From Calditrichales bacterium (lineage in GTDB: Bacteria > Calditrichota > Calditrichia > Calditrichales > J004), in contig OZ254086.1 of assembly GCA_965267575.1 (NCBI GenBank), positions 3,008,001 through 3,072,000 of the forward strand: DNA of 64,000 nucleotides, given 5' to 3'. The notes beneath the pieces are model-generated. The model searched no databases. It saw only the letters and a list, made by a program, of their open reading frames with translations, and was not told where the DNA came from. Shown here one piece after another: positions 61,478 through 64,000 of this stretch (positions within the stretch are counted from its first letter, which is position 1; the number at the start of each line of letters is the position of its first letter). A program made the translations under genes and the position numbers.

Positions 61478-61652
61478 GTCCTGAAATTACGACATTCAAT
61501 TTTATTCTCCCAAAAAAATTGAACACCGCAGCATACTTAAAGGATTGATAATGGTAAAGATAAGGAACTTGAAAAAGAAAGAGCACGAAAATGGCTAGAG
61601 GTCATATTAAAAATTGCAAGATTTCAAAACATGGGGACTGAGACGCCTAAAT

Positions 61653-61750
61653 AAAAAAAGGGGTATCCGCCGTGAGCCCGCACCTTGGCAGATACCCCAT
61701 ACCGTCAGCTCCGAAAGTACCTTTCATCGTAGCTGACTGTCCACTCTCTG
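61653..61750 (-). ncRNA. Candidate structured RNA (two hairpins ending in an intrinsic terminator)
   Basis: Minus strand stems GTCAGCT/AGCTGAC with inner GAAAG/CTTTC, and GGGGTATCTGCC/GGCGGATACCCC followed by T7; no credible upstream minus-strand CDS. Confidence 0.5.
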
Positions 61751-61889
61751 GCAATAAGTATCGTAACAAATACCCGGGAATTATAGCGCCTTTTAGCAAA
61801 CGGTCGGCAACAATAAATAAGTGGCTTCTTTTTGCGACGGATGGTCAGGTTCTCTATCTTTGGGCGCTTAAAAAGAGACGGAGAATTAA

Positions 61890-62354
61890 ATGAAAAAAAT
61901 TGAGATCTACACCGACGGTGCCTGCTCTGGCAATCCCGGTCCGGGCGGCTACGGTGTGGTAATGAAAAGCGGGACCCATTACAAGGAATTGTCCAGGGGA
62001 TATAAACGCACGACCAACAACCGTATGGAAATGCGCGCGTTGATCGCCGCATTGGAAAGTCTGAAAAAGCCGTCGAACCTGGATATTTATTCCGATTCCA
62101 AATATGTAGTCGATGCGATCAACCAGGGTTGGGCCAAACGCTGGCGGACAAACGGCTGGCGAAGAAACAAAAAGGAGAAGGCGCTAAACCCGGATCTATG
62201 GGAGCGCCTGCTTGATCTGTTGGAGCAGCATGATTATTCAATTCAGTGGGTAAAAGGGCATGCCGGCCACGAGGAAAATGAACGCTGCGATGAACTGGCC
62301 GTTGCCGCTTTGCAGGAGCCCGTCCTGGAAGAAGACATTGGCATGAAGGAGTAA
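61890..62354 (+). CDS. rnhA: Ribonuclease HI
   Basis: [38 protein letters not shown]. Confidence 0.97.
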   Translation: MKKIEIYTDGACSGNPGPGGYGVVMKSGTHYKELSRGYKRTTNNRMEMRALIAALESLKKPSNLDIYSDSKYVVDAINQGWAKRWRTNGWRRNKKEKALNPDLWERLLDLLEQHDYSIQWVKGHAGHEENERCDELAVAALQEPVLEEDIGMKE

Positions 62355-62357
62355 ATT

Positions 62358-62876
62358 TCAGCCCCGTTTAAGGACGCTGTAAAAAAGCTGAACCAATCCG
62401 CTGGAGAAAGTTTTGGAGTCGGTCAACTGCAAGTCAATTTGTTGGCCCGTATCCTGAAACAAAGGCTTGCCTCCGCCCAGCAGAATAGGGTGAACAGCAA
62501 GCATGAATTCATCAATGAGGTTTAGTTCTAAAAAGGCTGCCGTAAGTTCAGCGCCGCCAAACAGCCAGATATCTTTGCCCGTAGATTGAACAATTTTGCC
62601 GACTTCGGATTTTATATCGCCGTGCACAACAGTCGCGTTTTCCGCCCTGTAGCTTTGGGAGCGCGTAAATACAAAGTGTTTTTTATCTTTAAAAGCATAA
62701 GGGTCCTCGCGCCGCAGCAGTTCAAAGCTTTTGCGGCCGAAGAATATGGCGTCAATTTGAGCTAAAAACGGCGTCATACCATAATCCTGGTCGGTGAAGC
62801 ACCAGTCGTACTCCCCATTTGGACCTTCTATAAAGCCATCAAGCGTTATTGCCAGGTTGAGGATAATTTTACGCAA
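62358..62876 (-). CDS. Dihydrofolate reductase-like (RibD C-terminal) protein
   Basis: TLDGFIEG, GRKSF, WLFGG, HPILLGGGKPLF. Confidence 0.9.
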   Translation of the reverse strand: MRKIILNLAITLDGFIEGPNGEYDWCFTDQDYGMTPFLAQIDAIFFGRKSFELLRREDPYAFKDKKHFVFTRSQSYRAENATVVHGDIKSEVGKIVQSTGKDIWLFGGAELTAAFLELNLIDEFMLAVHPILLGGGKPLFQDTGQQIDLQLTDSKTFSSGLVQLFYSVLKRG

Positions 62877-62895
62877 ATATAAACTCCGCTATCGA

Positions 62896-63792
62896 TTACT
62901 TTAGGGTTATGGCTACGGAATCGGCCAGCATGTTTGCTGCCTGGGGCCGGAGACGAAACCACAGCTCGGGTTCGATCAGTTCCAGTTCGGCCAGCGCCAA
63001 TTGACCATGATTATCCCAGACAACGTCCACGCGGGCGTAAACGGGTAATGGCTTGCAGACGGCAACCGCTTTCTCCGCAAAAGCGATTTCATTTGGGCCC
63101 GCTTCGTATTGCTGTACGCTGCCGCCGAAATCATCCTGAACGCGGAAATCGCCTGCTTTGGCTTTTTTCAGCACGGAATGGCTGTAGCGCCCGTCAAACA
63201 GCATGTGTGAAACCTCGCCTTTTTGCAAAATGCTGCTTTGAAAAGGCTGCAACATCATGGCCTCTTCGGCAATCAGACGGCGAAATATATTTTCATGCGC
63301 GGCAACATTTGCGGGGTTGATTTGATAGGTGTGCCGCGCTGCACCGGAAACCGCCGGTTTTAAAATGGCATCATGCCATCCGCTGCGCGAAAGGTGGCCG
63401 GCTAAAGAATCCGTTTCGCCCGTTTCGATAAAAAGGGTAGGCACAATGCGCACACCCGCTTTTTCCAAATCCGCCAGATAATGCTTGTCGATATTCCAGT
63501 AAATCGTCTCGGGGGGATTTATGAATTGTGTCTTTGCTTTGGCTGTTTTAAACCAGCGCGAGAATTCGGGGAAGCGATCAAAATAATCCCACACGGTGCG
63601 AAAGAGGACAACCTTTGTTGCGGACCAGTCAAAGGCCGCATCATCCCATGCTTTCCGCGTAACGCTCAGGCCCCTGTGTTGCAATGCGTTTTTTACCAGT
63701 TCGTCTTCGTACAGCACGTTGCGGATGTAGAGTGTCAGCTCGGCAGGCGAAACATACTTCGATGCAGTGAGGATCGTTACATCATAGCGCAT
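62896..63792 (-). CDS. ATP-grasp fold protein (RimK/GshB-like)
   Basis: WNIDKHYL, LKPAVSG, DFRVQDDFGG, YARVD, ELELIEPELW. Confidence 0.88.
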   Translation of the reverse strand: MRYDVTILTASKYVSPAELTLYIRNVLYEDELVKNALQHRGLSVTRKAWDDAAFDWSATKVVLFRTVWDYFDRFPEFSRWFKTAKAKTQFINPPETIYWNIDKHYLADLEKAGVRIVPTLFIETGETDSLAGHLSRSGWHDAILKPAVSGAARHTYQINPANVAAHENIFRRLIAEEAMMLQPFQSSILQKGEVSHMLFDGRYSHSVLKKAKAGDFRVQDDFGGSVQQYEAGPNEIAFAEKAVAVCKPLPVYARVDVVWDNHGQLALAELELIEPELWFRLRPQAANMLADSVAITLK

Positions 63793-63794
63793 GC

Positions 63795-64000
63795 TTATTT
63801 ATATCCGGGGATGTTTTTGCCGAGGATAAAATCGCGCGTCGCAACAAGCAGTTCGCCTTCTTTTTCAGGGGCGATGACTTTCCGGCTGCCACCGCGTGGC
63901 TGTTTCTGGTTTCTGGCCCTGTCGCTTACTAAAGGGTCGTCTTCAAAAAGATAATCACCCACGTAGTAATAGGCGCCCCCGGGCTCCAGAATGATCGGGT
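63795..64000 (-). CDS. C-terminus of a probable intradiol ring-cleavage dioxygenase (5' end outside window)
   Basis: Own translation: PIILEPGGAYYYVGDYLFEDDPLV...RGGS...ATRDFILGKNIPGYK*. Confidence 0.55.
   Translation of the reverse strand, partial: PIILEPGGAYYYVGDYLFEDDPLVSDRARNQKQPRGGSRKVIAPEKEGELLVATRDFILGKNIPGYK

Noticed and set aside
61653..61750. yybP-ykoY Mn riboswitch, SRP RNA or tRNA
   Set aside because: Their signature sequences or cloverleaf were not recognisable

Overview
Bacterial chromosomal window of moderate GC. The gene repertoire (DUF3078 barrels, many lipoproteins, multiheme cytochromes, sigma-54 system) suggests an FCB-related Gram-negative sediment organism such as Calditrichota; this taxonomy is an inference. 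Contents in order: (1) an acetate/propionate uptake and activation locus (ActP-like symporter, acs, prpE) with a cNMP-CBS-DUF294 nucleotidyltransferase facing an operon for an SLC5-fused histidine kinase, a lone receiver and a membrane PAS/pseudo-HisKA/DEDDh exonuclease; (2) about 20 kb of mostly minus-strand accessory genes, including two photolyases and a decayed DUF4258/YgiT toxin-antitoxin module; (3) a ZIP + TroABCD-like metal uptake operon in which both permeases carry DtxR-like C-terminal domains, preceded by a DtxR/MntR-type box; (4) the highlight, a 12.7-kb divergent multiheme cytochrome island with 58 heme-binding motifs by my count: a porin-cytochrome conduit on one side and, on the other, a heme-motif sensor kinase, sigma-54 activator, 17-heme CbcL-like protein, 7-heme ImcH-like protein and tetraheme c554-like protein, with candidate sigma-54 promoters and three enhancer repeats between them; (5) SatD + DUF3307 + CpdB-like phosphodiesterase, sulfotransferase, glgX, a pair of paralogous small membrane proteins, a DtxR regulator, an orphan structured RNA candidate and rnhA. 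No rRNA, tRNA, CRISPR array or intact mobile element was seen. All family assignments come from motif recognition by eye, not database searches.
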